Below the pieces are notes generated by a model. The model had not been told where the DNA came from, did not search any database, and saw only the letters and a program-made list of their open reading frames with translations. 64,000 nt of DNA from the human T2T-CHM13v2.0 reference genome, Homo sapiens. The translations under genes were made by a program, and so were the position numbers. The first letter of the stretch is position 1. The number at the start of each line of letters is the position of its first letter. Below, piece by piece: positions 1-11,969 of this stretch. Location: the NCBI RefSeq assembly GCF_009914755.1, contig NC_060932.1; one strand, given 5' to 3'.

Positions 1-588
1 AAAAAGAAAAGAAAAGTTTTACGGCAAGAGTGAGAGAAAGCAAAGTACGCTTGGAAGAGGACCAAGCAGGTGATGTGAGAGATCAAGGCTCCATCAGACC
101 TTTGACTTGGGGGTTTTATATATTGACATGGTTCTGGGGTTTGTGTTTCTTCTCCCTTGATTCATCCCTTGGAGTGGGGTGTCCGCATGTGTGGTGGCCT
201 GCCAGCACCTGAGAGGGGCCACATGCACAGCATGTTTATTGAAGTTGTGCACATACTCACTGGGGCATTTTCCCCTTATCAGTCAAGCATTGCTAGAGAA
301 AGGTCATATACCAGTTAAACGCTGCCATTTTGTCTCTTAGTGCGCATGCTTGAGCCCACTCACCTAACTTGTGAAATCTTATTAGGAAGCTACTGATCAT
401 CAGCAGCAGTGTCAGGTGTTTTCTATCTATCCGACGATTGCTCTTCCCTGGCACTAACTGAGACCAACTGTTATTTAGAGAGACAGTTTAACAACTGCCT
501 GACCATCAGCTGATACTCACTCACCTGATGTTCCTGAGAGGGGTCCCTCTCTTGCCCTGCTCATGTATTCCTAGCTACTACTCTAACA
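1..588 (-). mobile_element. MER50-like ERV1 LTR (cut off by window start)
   Basis: Reverse complement begins TGTTAGAGTAGTAGCTAGG...CATGAGCAGGGCAAGAGAGGGACCCC and contains GGGCTCAAGCATGCGCACTAAGAGACAAAATGGC, matching the recalled MER50 consensus; TG terminus at 588. Confidence 0.8.
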
Positions 589-1303
589 AATATACCTTTA
601 AATAATGTTATACTACTTCATGTGTAACAAAGGACCACTTAATATTATTTTTCTCATTCCTCCTACCAATCCCTGCTACCATCATTGTCATTCATTTAAA
701 CATTATTATTTTATAATTTAGTGGTTATTTTGGGAGAAATTGAGGTAACACTATATTCATCTTTTTTATATTTCCAGTGTTTTGTACTTCTTTCTGTAGA
801 TTGGAATTTTGACCTGTATCATGTTTCTTCACATTAAGCCTTCTTGTAGATAAAACGGCAATTAACTTTTCATTTGTATCTTTCTTTTCTTTCTTTAAAT
901 GTTTTTTCTTCTTCTGAATTTATTGAAGTACAATTTAGGTACATTAAACTATGTGTATTTCAAGTGTACAACTGAATAACTTTTGACATGCTTTTTTTTG
1001 GTAAAAACATTACTATACTCTTGTCTTTTAAAAAAATTTATAGTTTTCCATTTCATCCTTTTAAAATCTTTACTTGCAATTATTCTGTTAAAAAAAAAAG
1101 TTTTATTCTATAGAGTTTCCCACATACTTTCTTCTGTTGTTTCTAGTATTAATGTGGTATTTAAAGTATTCCTTTGTTTTCTATGTTTCATGAAAAAATA
1201 GTTAAATCTAAATGCTTAGACTAATTCAGTCTTAGAATTTTTAGTGATTGGGCAAAGCTAACTCATAGATAGATTAGTGTCTTTCATGGGTAATTCCTTT
1301 TTT

Positions 1304-1602
1304 CATTCTTTTTTTTTTTTGGAAACGGAGTCTCTCTCTGTCACCTAGGCTAGAGTACAGTGGCTCAGTCTCGGCTCACTGCAAGCTCCGCCTCCCGGGT
1401 TGATGCCATTCTGCTGCCTCAGCCTTCGAAGTAGCTGGGACTACAGGTGCCCGCCACCATGGCCGGCTAATTTTTTTGTATTTTCAATAGAGATGAGGTT
1501 TCACCGTGTTAGCCAGGATGGTCTCGATCTCCTGACCTCGTGATCCGCCCACCTTGGCCTCTCAGAGTGCTGGGATTACAGGCGTGAGTCACCATGCCCA
1601 GG
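1304..1602 (-). mobile_element. AluY
   Basis: AluY diagnostics GCAAGCTCCGCCTCCCGGGT..GCCATTCT and CCGTGTTAGCCAGGATGGTCTCGATCTCCTGACCTCGTGATCC; perfect 17-bp TSD TGGGTAATTCCTTTTTT at 1287-1303 and 1603-1619. Confidence 0.95.
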
Positions 1603-2667
1603 TGGGTAATTCCTTTTTTACATATGAGTTTTGTCCTTCATTTGGCATTCTTCATGTTTGGTTAATCTTTATTCTAGGTATGGACTTGAGGGAAGATAGC
1701 ATTTTTCTTTCAGAACTTCAAAATTGTCACTTTATTTTTTAAAATTTGCTTAGTTTTTGATAAGAATTCTGATAGACTTTATCATTATTTTTCTTTAGGG
1801 AATATATCAATTTTACATATCAATTTTCCTCTCATAGTTTTTAATATATTTATCTTCACCTGTAGTTTTCAACAATTAAAATATAAAATACCTAGATTTT
1901 TGTTTGTTTGTTCTGTTTTAAGGGGTGTGTGTGTGTGTGTTCATTTTAAAGTTTGGTGTTTTTCAATTTTGGATCTGTGGTTCATGTCTGTCACAAATTT
2001 TGGAAAATTAAAATTCTTATTCAAATATTTCTTCTGCCCTATTGTGTCTTTTAGTATTACATCACAGCTCTTAGCTACTCTGTGATATGATGCATTTTTT
2101 TCTTTGTTATTTTTTTCTTCTTTACCTCTCAGTTTGTGTAATATCTATTGACTTCTCTTAAAGTTCTTTGATTTCCTTGACTGTACTATGTGATTTTTTC
2201 CATTTCTGTTACTGTTTTTTTTTTTAATTTCTAGCATCCCCATTTTATTATCTTGACAGTTTTCCTCTTTCTGCAGAAATTACCTATTTGAGCATTCATG
2301 TTATCTATCTTTTCCATTAGAACCCTTAATAATCAAGCATAGCTATATGAAATGTGCTATCTGATAATTCCAACATCTTTGTAGTATTTGAAGCTAATTC
2401 TCATGGCTGCTTCTCGCTAGAGACTTTTAAGAAATATTTTTGTGCTTCATATTTGTATTGTTGGACAGCCTGAATAGAACAATAATACTGAGACAAATGC
2501 TCTTTAAAATTCTCGGGTGTCTTTAATATGTTGGTTAATGTTAATCTAGTCAGGTGTTAAGCTGATTTTAAAATTCTTATTTCTATTGTTAACCTCAGTG
2601 TATCAGAGATTTAGCTTGTATTTAATGAGGGAACTAATTTACTGGAGAGTTTTCCTGAATATCTGAC

Positions 2668-4958
2668 TATATTAGTGTGTTTTCATGCTGCTGATAAAGA
2701 TATACCCGAGACTGGGCAATTTACAAAAGAAAGAGGTTTATCGGACTTACAGTTCCACATGGCTGGGGAGGCCTCACAATCATGGTGGAAGGTGAAAGGC
2801 AGGTCTCACATGACAGCAGACAAGAAAAGAAGCTCGTACAGGGAAACTCCCATTTTTAAAACCATCAGATCTCATGAGACTCATTCACTATCATGAGAGG
2901 AGCTCAGGAAAGACCTACCTCCAGAATTCGATCACATCCCACTTGGTTCCTCCCATGACATGTAGGAATTGTGGGAGTTATAACTCAAGATGAGATTTGA
3001 GTGGGGATACAGCCCAATCATATCGTTCCACCCTGACCCTTCCCAAATCTCATGTCCTCACATTTCAAAACCAATCATGCCTTCCCAACAGGTACCACAA
3101 AGTCTTAACTTATTTCAGTATTAACTCAAAAGTCCACAGTCCAACATCTCATTTGAGACAAGGTAAGTCCCTTCTGCCTATGAGCCTGTAAAATCAAAAG
3201 CAAGCTAGTTACTTCCTAGATACAATGTGAGTATAGGTATTGGGTAAATACAGCTATTCCAAATGGGAGAAGTTGGCCAAAACATAGCGGCTACAGGCCC
3301 ATGCAAGTCCGAAATCCAGCAGGGCAGTCAAATCTTAAAGCTTCAAAATGATCTCTGACTCCATATCTCATATTCAGATCACACTGATGCAAGAGGTGGG
3401 ATCTCATGGTCTTGGGCAGCTCCACCCTGATGGTTTGCAGGGTACAGTCTCCCTCCCAGCTGCTTTTGCCAGCTGGCGTTGAGTGTGTTGGCTTTTCCAG
3501 GCACATGGTGCAAGCTATCAGTGTATCTACCATTCTGGGCTCTGGAGGATGGTGGCCCTCTTCTCAAAGCTCCACTAGGTGATGTCCCAGTAGGGACTCT
3601 GTGTGGGGGCTTTGACCTCTCATTTTCTTCCACACCATCCTAGCAGAGGTTCTCCATGACAGCCCACACCACTCCTTCAGCAAACTTCTGTCTGGGCATC
3701 CAGGAGTTTCCACACATCCTCAGAAATCTAGGTGGAGGTTCCCAAACCTAAATTCTTGACTTTTGTATACTCACAAGCTCAACACCACATGGAAGCTGCC
3801 AAGCCTCAAAGCTTGCACTCTCTGAAGCCACGGTGTGAGCTGTACCTTGTCCCCTTTCAGCCAGAGCTGGAGCAGCTGGGAAACAGGGCACTAAATCCCT
3901 AGGCTGCACACAGCAGAAGGACTCCGGGCCTGGCTGAGGAAACTGCTTTTTTCTCTTAGCCCTTCAGGCCTGTGATGGGAGGGGCTGCCATGTAGACCCC
4001 TGACATGCCCTGAAGACATTTTCCCCATTGTCTTGGGGATTAACATTTGGCCCCTTTTTACTTATGTAAATTTCTGCAGGGGGCTTGAATTTCTCCTTAG
4101 AAAATGGGATTTTCTTTTCTATGGTATTGTCAGGCTGCAATTTTTTTTAACTTTTGTGCTCTGTTTACCTTATAACATTGAACACCTTAACAGTACCCAA
4201 GTCAGTTCTTCAATGCTTTGCTTCTTAGAAATTTCTTTTGCCAGATACCCTAAATTATCTTCCTCAAGATCAAAGTTCCTCAAATCTCTAGGGCAGGGAG
4301 ACAAATTGCCTCCAGTCTCTTTGCTAAAACATAACAAGAGTCACCTTTTTTCCAGTTCCTAACAAGCTCCGCATTTCCATCTGAGACCACCTCAGCCTGT
4401 ACATTGTCCATATCTTTATCAGCATTTTGGTCAAAGCCACTCTACAAGTCTCTAGGGAGTTCCAACCTTTCCCACATTTTTCTGTCTTCTTCTGAGTCCT
4501 CCGAACTGTTCCATCCTCTGCTTGTTAGCCATTCCTAAAGTTGCTTCCACATTGTTGGGCATCTTTTTAGCAGCACCCCACTCTTGATACCAATTTACTA
4601 TATAAGTTCATTTTCATGCTGCTGATAAAGGCATTCCTGAGACTGGGCAATTTTAAAAAGATAGACGTTTATTGGACAGTCAGTTTCATGTAGCTGGGGA
4701 GGCCTCACAATCATGGCAGCAGGTGTAAGGCATGTCTCCCATGGCTGCAGACAAGAGAACAGAGCTTGTGCAGGGAAACTCCTGTTTTTCAAAACCATTA
4801 GATCTCATGATCTTTATTCACAATCATAAGTACAGTGCAGGAAAGACCTGACCCCATAATTCAGTCACCTCCTACTGGATTCCTTCCATGACACATGGAA
4901 ATTGTGGGAGTTACGATTCAAGATGAGATTTGGGTCGGGACACAGCCAAACGATATCA
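2668..4958 (-). mobile_element. Full-length THE1 (THE1B-like) MaLR element: LTR 2668-3025, internal 3026-4598, LTR 4599-4958
   Basis: Two ~360-bp THE1 LTRs in the same orientation flank ~1.57 kb of THE1-int; 5-bp TSD CTGAC/CAGAC; internal region begins (reverse complement) GTAAATTGGTATCAAGAGTGGGG, typical of MaLR. Confidence 0.93.
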
Positions 4959-5904
4959 CAGACTTTTACTTTAATATCTATTTGCTTGACTTAGGGTCTT
5001 TTTTGTGTGTGTTAACCTCCAGAGAAAAGTCTCTCTTTTAGCATTCCCAGTTTTTTTAATACTGTTGTTTTTACTTATACATGTTAATATAATAGTGTTT
5101 GGAGGGTGGGCAATGGGAGCATTATCTTATTAAACTGATTGAGCCTCAGTCTTTGATGCACTGTGAACCTGACTGAGTCTTGGGCATTGAAAAGGCTTAT
5201 CTCTTTCTAAATGTAATACTAAAGCTAGCATGTATGCCTAAATTGTAGGGTTTTCTTAGTGTTTTCCTTTCTATTTGTACTCTTCCAGAAACAGTGGATT
5301 TCCACCAATACCCTTAGGTTACAGTTTTGGTTTTCAGCTCTTCCTCTTGCAGATTAAAGCTTTTGTTACAGAAGGAAAATGGGAATGATGAGTCTGGGTG
5401 AAGTATTAGCATGGCTGCTTGTTGCCCTACCACTGCCACAGGGAAGCTTTCTCAGGGTTTTTCTTGATCTTCTTGTTAGTGCCTTCTGGAATTTTAGCAA
5501 GAAAAGCCCATAAGAGGATATCAATCTACATACCTCCAAGTCTCCTAATTTACTCTTAGCAATTTGATAAAAATATCTAAGTTGAATCACTTTACTGGCT
5601 TACATAGCACTTTTCAATTTATTTCCCAGTAACCAAATACCTCAATCCTCTTTCTCCCTTTAGTCACCTGTTTCCTTCCAGATTTTAGGTCAGTTGTTTG
5701 CCCTGAAAACTCAATGTCCTAATGCAAAGTGACTAATTTGTAGTTTTCCAGCCTTTTTCCTGCTATCAGCATATAAGCAACTCTTTCCAACTCAAACATC
5801 TATGGGCTAAAACTGAAAGTCTCCTCTGGAACCATTTTGAACATAAATGTTATAGCAAGCTATTAATAATAATCTAATATGTAGTAGAGTTGAAAATACT
5901 TAAC

Positions 5905-6090
5905 ATTTAGAATCCACCCAGTTGGTTCAAGTTTCAACTCTTACATATTCATGTAACACTAGGTAGATAACTTGACCTCTGATAGGCACAAAAAGGAAAT
6001 TGATACTAATCCTTACTTGGCAAATAATGCAGTAGAGCTGTTGTAAGGCTTAAATGGCAATGAAGAATATGAAGAATCTGTCAGAATAAA
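5905..6090 (+). mobile_element. MIR fragment
   Basis: Degenerate MIR core GGTTCAAGTTTCAACTCT...CTAGGTAGATAACTTGACCTCTG. Confidence 0.55.
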
Positions 6091-6534
6091 GGCACTCATT
6101 TGTTGCTTTCTTTTTTCTTGCTATGGCAAAATTTTACATTTGAATTGTTTGTTTAGTAAGGGCCTGTGTCCTTACTAACTGAATTCCCTGAAAGTAGATG
6201 CATTTTCTTGTTTAGATTAGAATCAATAGCACATTGTACAGTGCTTGGGACATAACAATTCTTGCTGAAAAAATAATTTCATGCATGCATCAAGATGTGT
6301 TGAAATCTAATCAGTACATGGTGCTTAGGAAAAGGTTTAACAGATGAATTTTAAGAATGAAAAATCTCCTGCAAGAAGGTTATAAGATTAAATGGTCAAA
6401 AAAGTCATACACAGAAGGGAGAGCAATCACCACTCAGAGATAACATTTCCTACCTTGAAGTCTTTGGGAGGTGATAGGTATAGATTAAAGGTTTTTCTAT
6501 TATATAACCTTAGTTTTTATCCTGATTTTTTTCT

Positions 6535-6680
6535 TAATGGCTATGTGAATTTAGGCATATTACTTAACATCTTTGTGTCTTTAATTTTTCCTCTCTGTAC
6601 CTTACAGCATTTTCAGAATTAAAAATAATGTGTGTGAAGGTTCTGGTACACAGTAACACTTAATAATGCGAGCTAATCTT
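6535..6680 (+). mobile_element. MIR fragment
   Basis: GGCTATGTGAATTTAGGCATATTACTTAACATCTTTGTGTCTTTAATTTTTCCTCTCTGTA resembles the MIR core. Confidence 0.6.
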
Positions 6681-7994
6681 AGTTCTGACATAAGATCTCT
6701 TTCTGAGAAAATTGTATTATTTTTGTAGAAAGGACTTTACATAGTTTTTAAGTACTATATGAACAAAAGGAGCTCTCTAAATTCAGAAAGTAGAAAAGCT
6801 GCATGTATTGACCCATAGGAAACTGGTTCCATGGAGAATTTGAATTCTATTCAAATCATAATATTTCCTGGGCTAACAGTCAAGGTGCTAGAACAATTAT
6901 GTTGAAAAAATTATAACTTAGCCAATTTTGAAAAATATAAATAAGTATGTTTGTTTTTATCTCTGTAAATTTTAAATAAAGATTAGTATTAAACAGAATT
7001 ACATACAACACCTCTTGCAAGCAACTCCATTAGCATGGACACTCTCTTCTATCTAGGAGCTTGAAATCTGTATCAAAAAATCTCCCAAGATTATTTTCAT
7101 CTCTCTTCTTTAATATTTAAAAAGAATGTGCAGTATTTTTAGTGATTCTGTGGGAATACTAACGTTAGTTGGAATTGGAATAGGACCAATAATTATACCA
7201 CATATTATTTCTATTTCTATTGTATTATTTTACTAGATTATTTTTAAAAGTTCATCTAATTTCTTTTAAGCTCCACTTCCGTGGGCATGACAGCTTCAAT
7301 CTATGATGATGAAATTATTGGTTCAGATTTATTACATGTTTGTAATTATGAAGCCAAAAGTAATTCAGCCAGTCAGATCTACACACTGGAATTAATTAGT
7401 TAAATTTCTGTCAACTGAAGAACATGAAAAACTATCAAAATAGTCACTTTTTAAGAATGGGAGTAGGATGGGAAGAAATAATTTGATATTATTAATCTTT
7501 ATAGCATCACACTATGAAGTAGAGTCCAGATATTGGGACTGGTTCATTCCACGCCCCCGACAGAAATATTATTAGCATTTCTAGGAAAAAAATGTATTTC
7601 TATTGTCTGATGAAAGATATCCATTTATCTAATACCTGACAGTTAAAATATTTATATTAAAATGTCAATTGTTTTAATTTGATAATAAATTTCATTCTGG
7701 ATCACTTACAGACAATTTTCCCTTAATCACTAAAAACATTTTTTTTTCTTAGATGTAAGTGTGATATAACTTATAAGAATTTTTTTCTGGAGTATATATT
7801 CAAAATAATTTATTAAAAGTTTTTTCCTTAAACATTTGTCACTCTTCCTTGAATAATTTCCAGTTCTTATCCATGTTTTTTATTTGTTTAAATGGTAAAA
7901 CTTGTATGTTTAAAAAGGGAATAAAAACATGCAATTTATAGAAAGGAAGAAAAAGAATTAGTAAACATAACTTGCTTAAACACTTATAGATTGC

Positions 7995-8140
7995 AGAGTG
8001 CTTTCTCTTTACCTATTCTACATAATTCTCAAGACATTCCAGGGGTGGATAAATAACTCATCCAAGAGCACATAATTAAGAAGTGGAAGAACTATTACTC
8101 TTTGTAGGACTGGATTCAAATCTTATGCTTTCTTCACTAA
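7995..8140 (-). mobile_element. MIR fragment
   Basis: AAATAACTCATCCAAGAGCACATAATTAAGAAGTGG...GGATTCAAATC resembles antisense MIR core. Confidence 0.5.
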
Positions 8141-8717
8141 ATATATCATTGATGCCTATCATAACCCTTTACATTTTTTGTGTTTCTTGCATTGTACAAT
8201 TCAATTAACCTTGCATTGATAATGCAAATATATTTAACTTTTGGCTTAATTTTGGCATTCAAAGTTTTGAGTTTTTCTTTGCTCCCATATACCTACATGC
8301 TCTTTTTTCTTCCCTAAATATCTTGGCGAACTGGCATCCTTCACAATATTAAAATAGTTTCCATGTTATTTTTTTCCAAATCATCAAGGCAATTTAAATT
8401 AAAATTCTGACCTTCAAAATATTTGAACAGAATTTTTTTAATTAAGATCTTTTTTCATTAAACACTGATTTATGTAGAACATTAATTATTATGTTGCTAA
8501 TTTTAATGCAGAACTCCTGCTGTAAAAATCCTTTCATTGGTAGTTTATTCTTACAATTTTCCATACATAAATATTGTCTCTTCTTCTCTCCTTCCTTCTT
8601 CACCTTACTTTTCTTAGTTAAACAATGTGATGTCCATACTTTCATGCAGTATGTGTTCTGAATCATATTCCCTAGAATAGGCAGCTAATAGGCCAATCAC
8701 ATAGAATGTCATATCGG

Positions 8718-8765
8718 TAGAGTGAGGAAATATGGAGTCTTAGAGTGAGGAAATATGGAGTCTTA
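8718..8765. repeat. Perfect 23-bp tandem duplication
   Basis: TAGAGTGAGGAAATATGGAGTCT x2 (8718-8740, 8741-8763) followed by TA. Confidence 0.95.
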
Positions 8766-10329
8766 CTCTGTGGCAAGAAATAAATTTTGTAAGGAGAAAA
8801 TTGTAGTGCCTCAGTGGAAAATTATACATCTTCTACAAATAATGATGTCTGAAACCCCTTGTTCCTTTTTTTTTCTTTTTTGGTAAGCATTTCTGACATT
8901 CAAATTTGATTAGATTCAGATTTACTTGGCAAATAATTAGTAGGGACAACTTGGTCCTTTTACATAGCATCACACATGAAGACACTGATTTCAATTAAAA
9001 AGCCCGCATAGAACTCAACCAGACAGCATGGCCACATATACAACTCTAATGCCCTCTTCCTTTTCTCCTCTTATTTAGGACTACAGGAAATATGTAATTT
9101 TATTTTAATAGATGGTGATGATAGCATACATTTTGATAGGTTTAGCAAAACTCAAAATTTGCTTAATATTTATGTGCTATATTAACAAGTTTACCTTAAA
9201 AGATATCTGGCATAGTTTCAGGGTGATATTTGAAAATCTAATAATTCATAAAGGATGACAGTTAAATGTATGAGGGAGGAAAGAAGAGATCAAAGTGGAG
9301 AAGAAGTAGAGATCAACGTACTCCGTTTTTAAATAAGAGTCTCAGTTGTGAAATTTGTTTGGAAATTTGTAAAGGATAGAAAGTCTAAAGAGGAGTTAAT
9401 TAAAATAAATATAAGCATGAGTGACTAATTGTTATCATTTTCTCCTTGTACCGACTTGATCTCACTTTAATCCTCATGGTCTAAATATGAAATAATGGTC
9501 AGCTTTAGTAATTACATTGCCAGAGCTAATCCATCAATGACATTTAAATAAACCAAGGGATCTGGAAGGATTTCGTTTTTGTAAAATATAGATTTCTGCT
9601 TTACTTTTAAACCTTAAGCATAAATTGAACATTGACTCAACTAGTTTTCTAGTTGGGAGCTTAGTTTTCATATTCCTGCAGTGTTCCTAGGATACCAGGC
9701 CCTTGCTACATTTAGACACCTGCATAAATTTTTATGTACATTATATCAGATCATTTGTGATGCAAATAAAGAAAATAATCTAGCCAAGTAAGATTCTAAT
9801 AAAATGAAGGTTTCAAGTAATTGGCTTTATTGTTTGTGTGTTTTCACACTACTCAGAAATATAAAAACTGCCTTTTTTCATTACACACTTTAAATCAACC
9901 AATTTTGAATAAAATAATGCTTATTGATCTAGTTTCTAACTTAATCATATTACCAAAACCCTATGACCAACATTTATGGCCTGTTTTTGATAATGATATT
10001 CATGATTATGATGTTAAAAAAGCCAAGTTAATTCTAACTTGTTACATTCAATAATAATTTTTTAATGAAGCATTTTGAATAAAATTTGTAAAGTTTTGCG
10101 ATCAGGCAAATCAAATAAATTTCAAATAAAAAATAAATTATAAAGAAATATAAATTTTATGTCAGAAATAGTTATTGTAAAAAGCTATCTAGTGTTTTCT
10201 TATTCATCTACTTGGACTGCTTATTTTTAAGGATCTTTATTTTAGCAAATCATACCATGATTTAATTAAACAGTAAGTCTTGTGAATTCCATCTCAAGCA
10301 CATGTTTACACTTTCCAAACATCAAATCT

Positions 10330-11800
10330 AAGTTGCAGACAACTTTTGTGGACTATTTCAATAGGATTTTAAATGATATTAGTACTTTCATTCTCCTATA
10401 ATTCATTTCCACATTGTAGCCAAAGTGATCTTTTTATAAGGAAAATAATTAGAATACATCATTCATCTGTTTAATCCTCTAAATGTTTCTTATTGCCTTT
10501 AATGTGAAACCTCAACTCCTTATATTGGCTTACAGAATCATACTTGATCTGTTCCTGGCTATTTGTCTGAATGTATCATTTACTATATTCCATCTCATTT
10601 ACTATTTATCAGCTACCCTAGCTGTTGAATGGCTCTTGTAACAGCCAGCTTTCATCAGCGATTGGGTTATTTTCAATAGCTGTATTGTCTGTCTAGAATT
10701 TTTTCTCTCCCAGACATTTTGCAACTAAAACTATATTAGTTATCTATTTCTTCATAAAAATTAATCCCAAAACTCTGTGGCATAAAATAACACACAGTGA
10801 TCATCTCAGTTTCTGTGGGTCAGAAATCTGGGCGCAGCTTGACTGGTTCTCTAACAAGACTATGGCCAAGATGACATCCAGATCTGGAATCTCATCTAAA
10901 GGGTTGACTAGGGAAAGGATCTGTTTCCAGTCTCACTTGTTTGTTGGCAGGATTCAGTTTCTGCAGGCTGTTGGACTTAAGGGCCGTTGGTTCAGGCTGC
11001 CCTCAGTTTCTTGCCACATGGGCTTTTTCATCATGGCAGTCTGCCTCATCAAAGCATACAATCCAGGAAGGCAATAAAGTCTTCTAGCTGGCTGGAAATC
11101 ACTGTCTTTGTAGTTCAATCACAGAAGTGGCACACAATCACCTTTGCCATATTCTCTTGACTAGAAGCAAATAACACACTCACGGGAAGGTGTAATTACA
11201 CGAGGGTGTGAATACCAGCAGCTGGGAATTATTGGAGGCTATTTTAGAGGTTGGCCTCCCACATTACATACTGCCTTTTAAAATTCAATTTAAAATTCAC
11301 TTGCTTTGAAATACCTTTATACGTATCCTCTCAATCACATGTTGCTACTCACTTATGCTTCAGTATGTTGCTCTATTTTAATCCTTGGTAGAACACTTTG
11401 CACATTTTCATATTTTTTTTTTGCCACGATCTCCACAGAACTTCAAAGTACACGAAACTGTGAATCTTACATGCTGTGTATGCTAGTGTTTTCTCAGTGA
11501 CCATACAGTGTTTGGTACATATTTGGCACTAAAAAAATATTAGTTGAATAAATTGAATAGGTTTCATTAGGAATAAATGCTATATAGAATTGCCTTGAAA
11601 TACCTTTCTATGTATCCTCTCAATCAAAATTTGCTACTCAGTTATGCTTCAGTATATTGCTCTGTTTTAATCCTTGATTGAACACTTTGCACATTTTTAT
11701 GTTTTTATGTTTTTCCTCCATGATCTCTACAAGACTTCAAAGTACATGAAACTGAATCTTTTCTGCTGCCTATTCTGGTGTTTTCTCAATGGCCATACAT
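10330..11800 (+). mobile_element. L2 3' region, interrupted by an MLT1 LTR and partly tandem-duplicated
   Basis: CCACATTGTAGCCAAAGTGATCTTTTTATAA... and L2 tail CAGTGTTTGGTACATATTTGGCACTAAAAAAATATTAGTTGAATAAATTGAAT near 11505-11560. Confidence 0.65.
10732..11263 (-). mobile_element. MLT1 (F/G/H-like) MaLR solo LTR
   Basis: TATATTAGTTATCTATT...CTCAGTTTCTGTGGGTCAGAAATCTGGGC...GGGTGTGAATACCAGCAG...CCTCCCACA matches antisense MLT1. Confidence 0.8.
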
Positions 11801-11834
11801 AGGATTTATTGAGAAGAAATGCTATACAGAATTG
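11301..11834. repeat. Diverged tandem duplication with ~289-bp period
   Basis: Copy 1 starts TTGCTTTGAAATACCTTTATACGTATCCTCTCAATCA (11301), copy 2 starts TTGCCTTGAAATACCTTTCTATGTATCCTCTCAATCA (11590); collinear throughout, copy 2 lacks the L2 tail. Confidence 0.9.
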
Positions 11835-11969
11835 TGAGGAGATATTTTATAGCCCATTATCAACTTAGCAATATTTCAATTTGTAAGATCTTTAGAAGTA
11901 ATGAATCAAAGCAGTGATTCTCATCTGAAATTACACTTGTACGTAATTATTGGAAGATCTTATTTTTGC

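Larger units (their letters stand above)
590..5820 (-). mobile_element. Old, fragmented L1M sequence, interrupted by the AluY (1304-1602) and THE1B-like element (2668-4958)
   Basis: T-rich degenerate antisense L1 segments, e.g. TTTATTGAAGTACAATTTAGGTACATTAAACT near 920 and AAATTTTGGAAAATT...TTCAAATATTTCTTCTGCCC near 2000-2040; boundaries approximate. Confidence 0.55.

Noticed and set aside
9639-9656. Small hairpins such as CAACTAG-TTTT-CTAGTTG (also TTTGAC-AAAAA-GTCAAA near 45815)
   Set aside because: Stems of 6-8 bp are expected by chance in 64 kb of AT-rich DNA.
8718-11834. Tandem repeats as a CRISPR-like array
   Set aside because: Only two adjacent copies each, no spacers, eukaryotic context, no cas genes.
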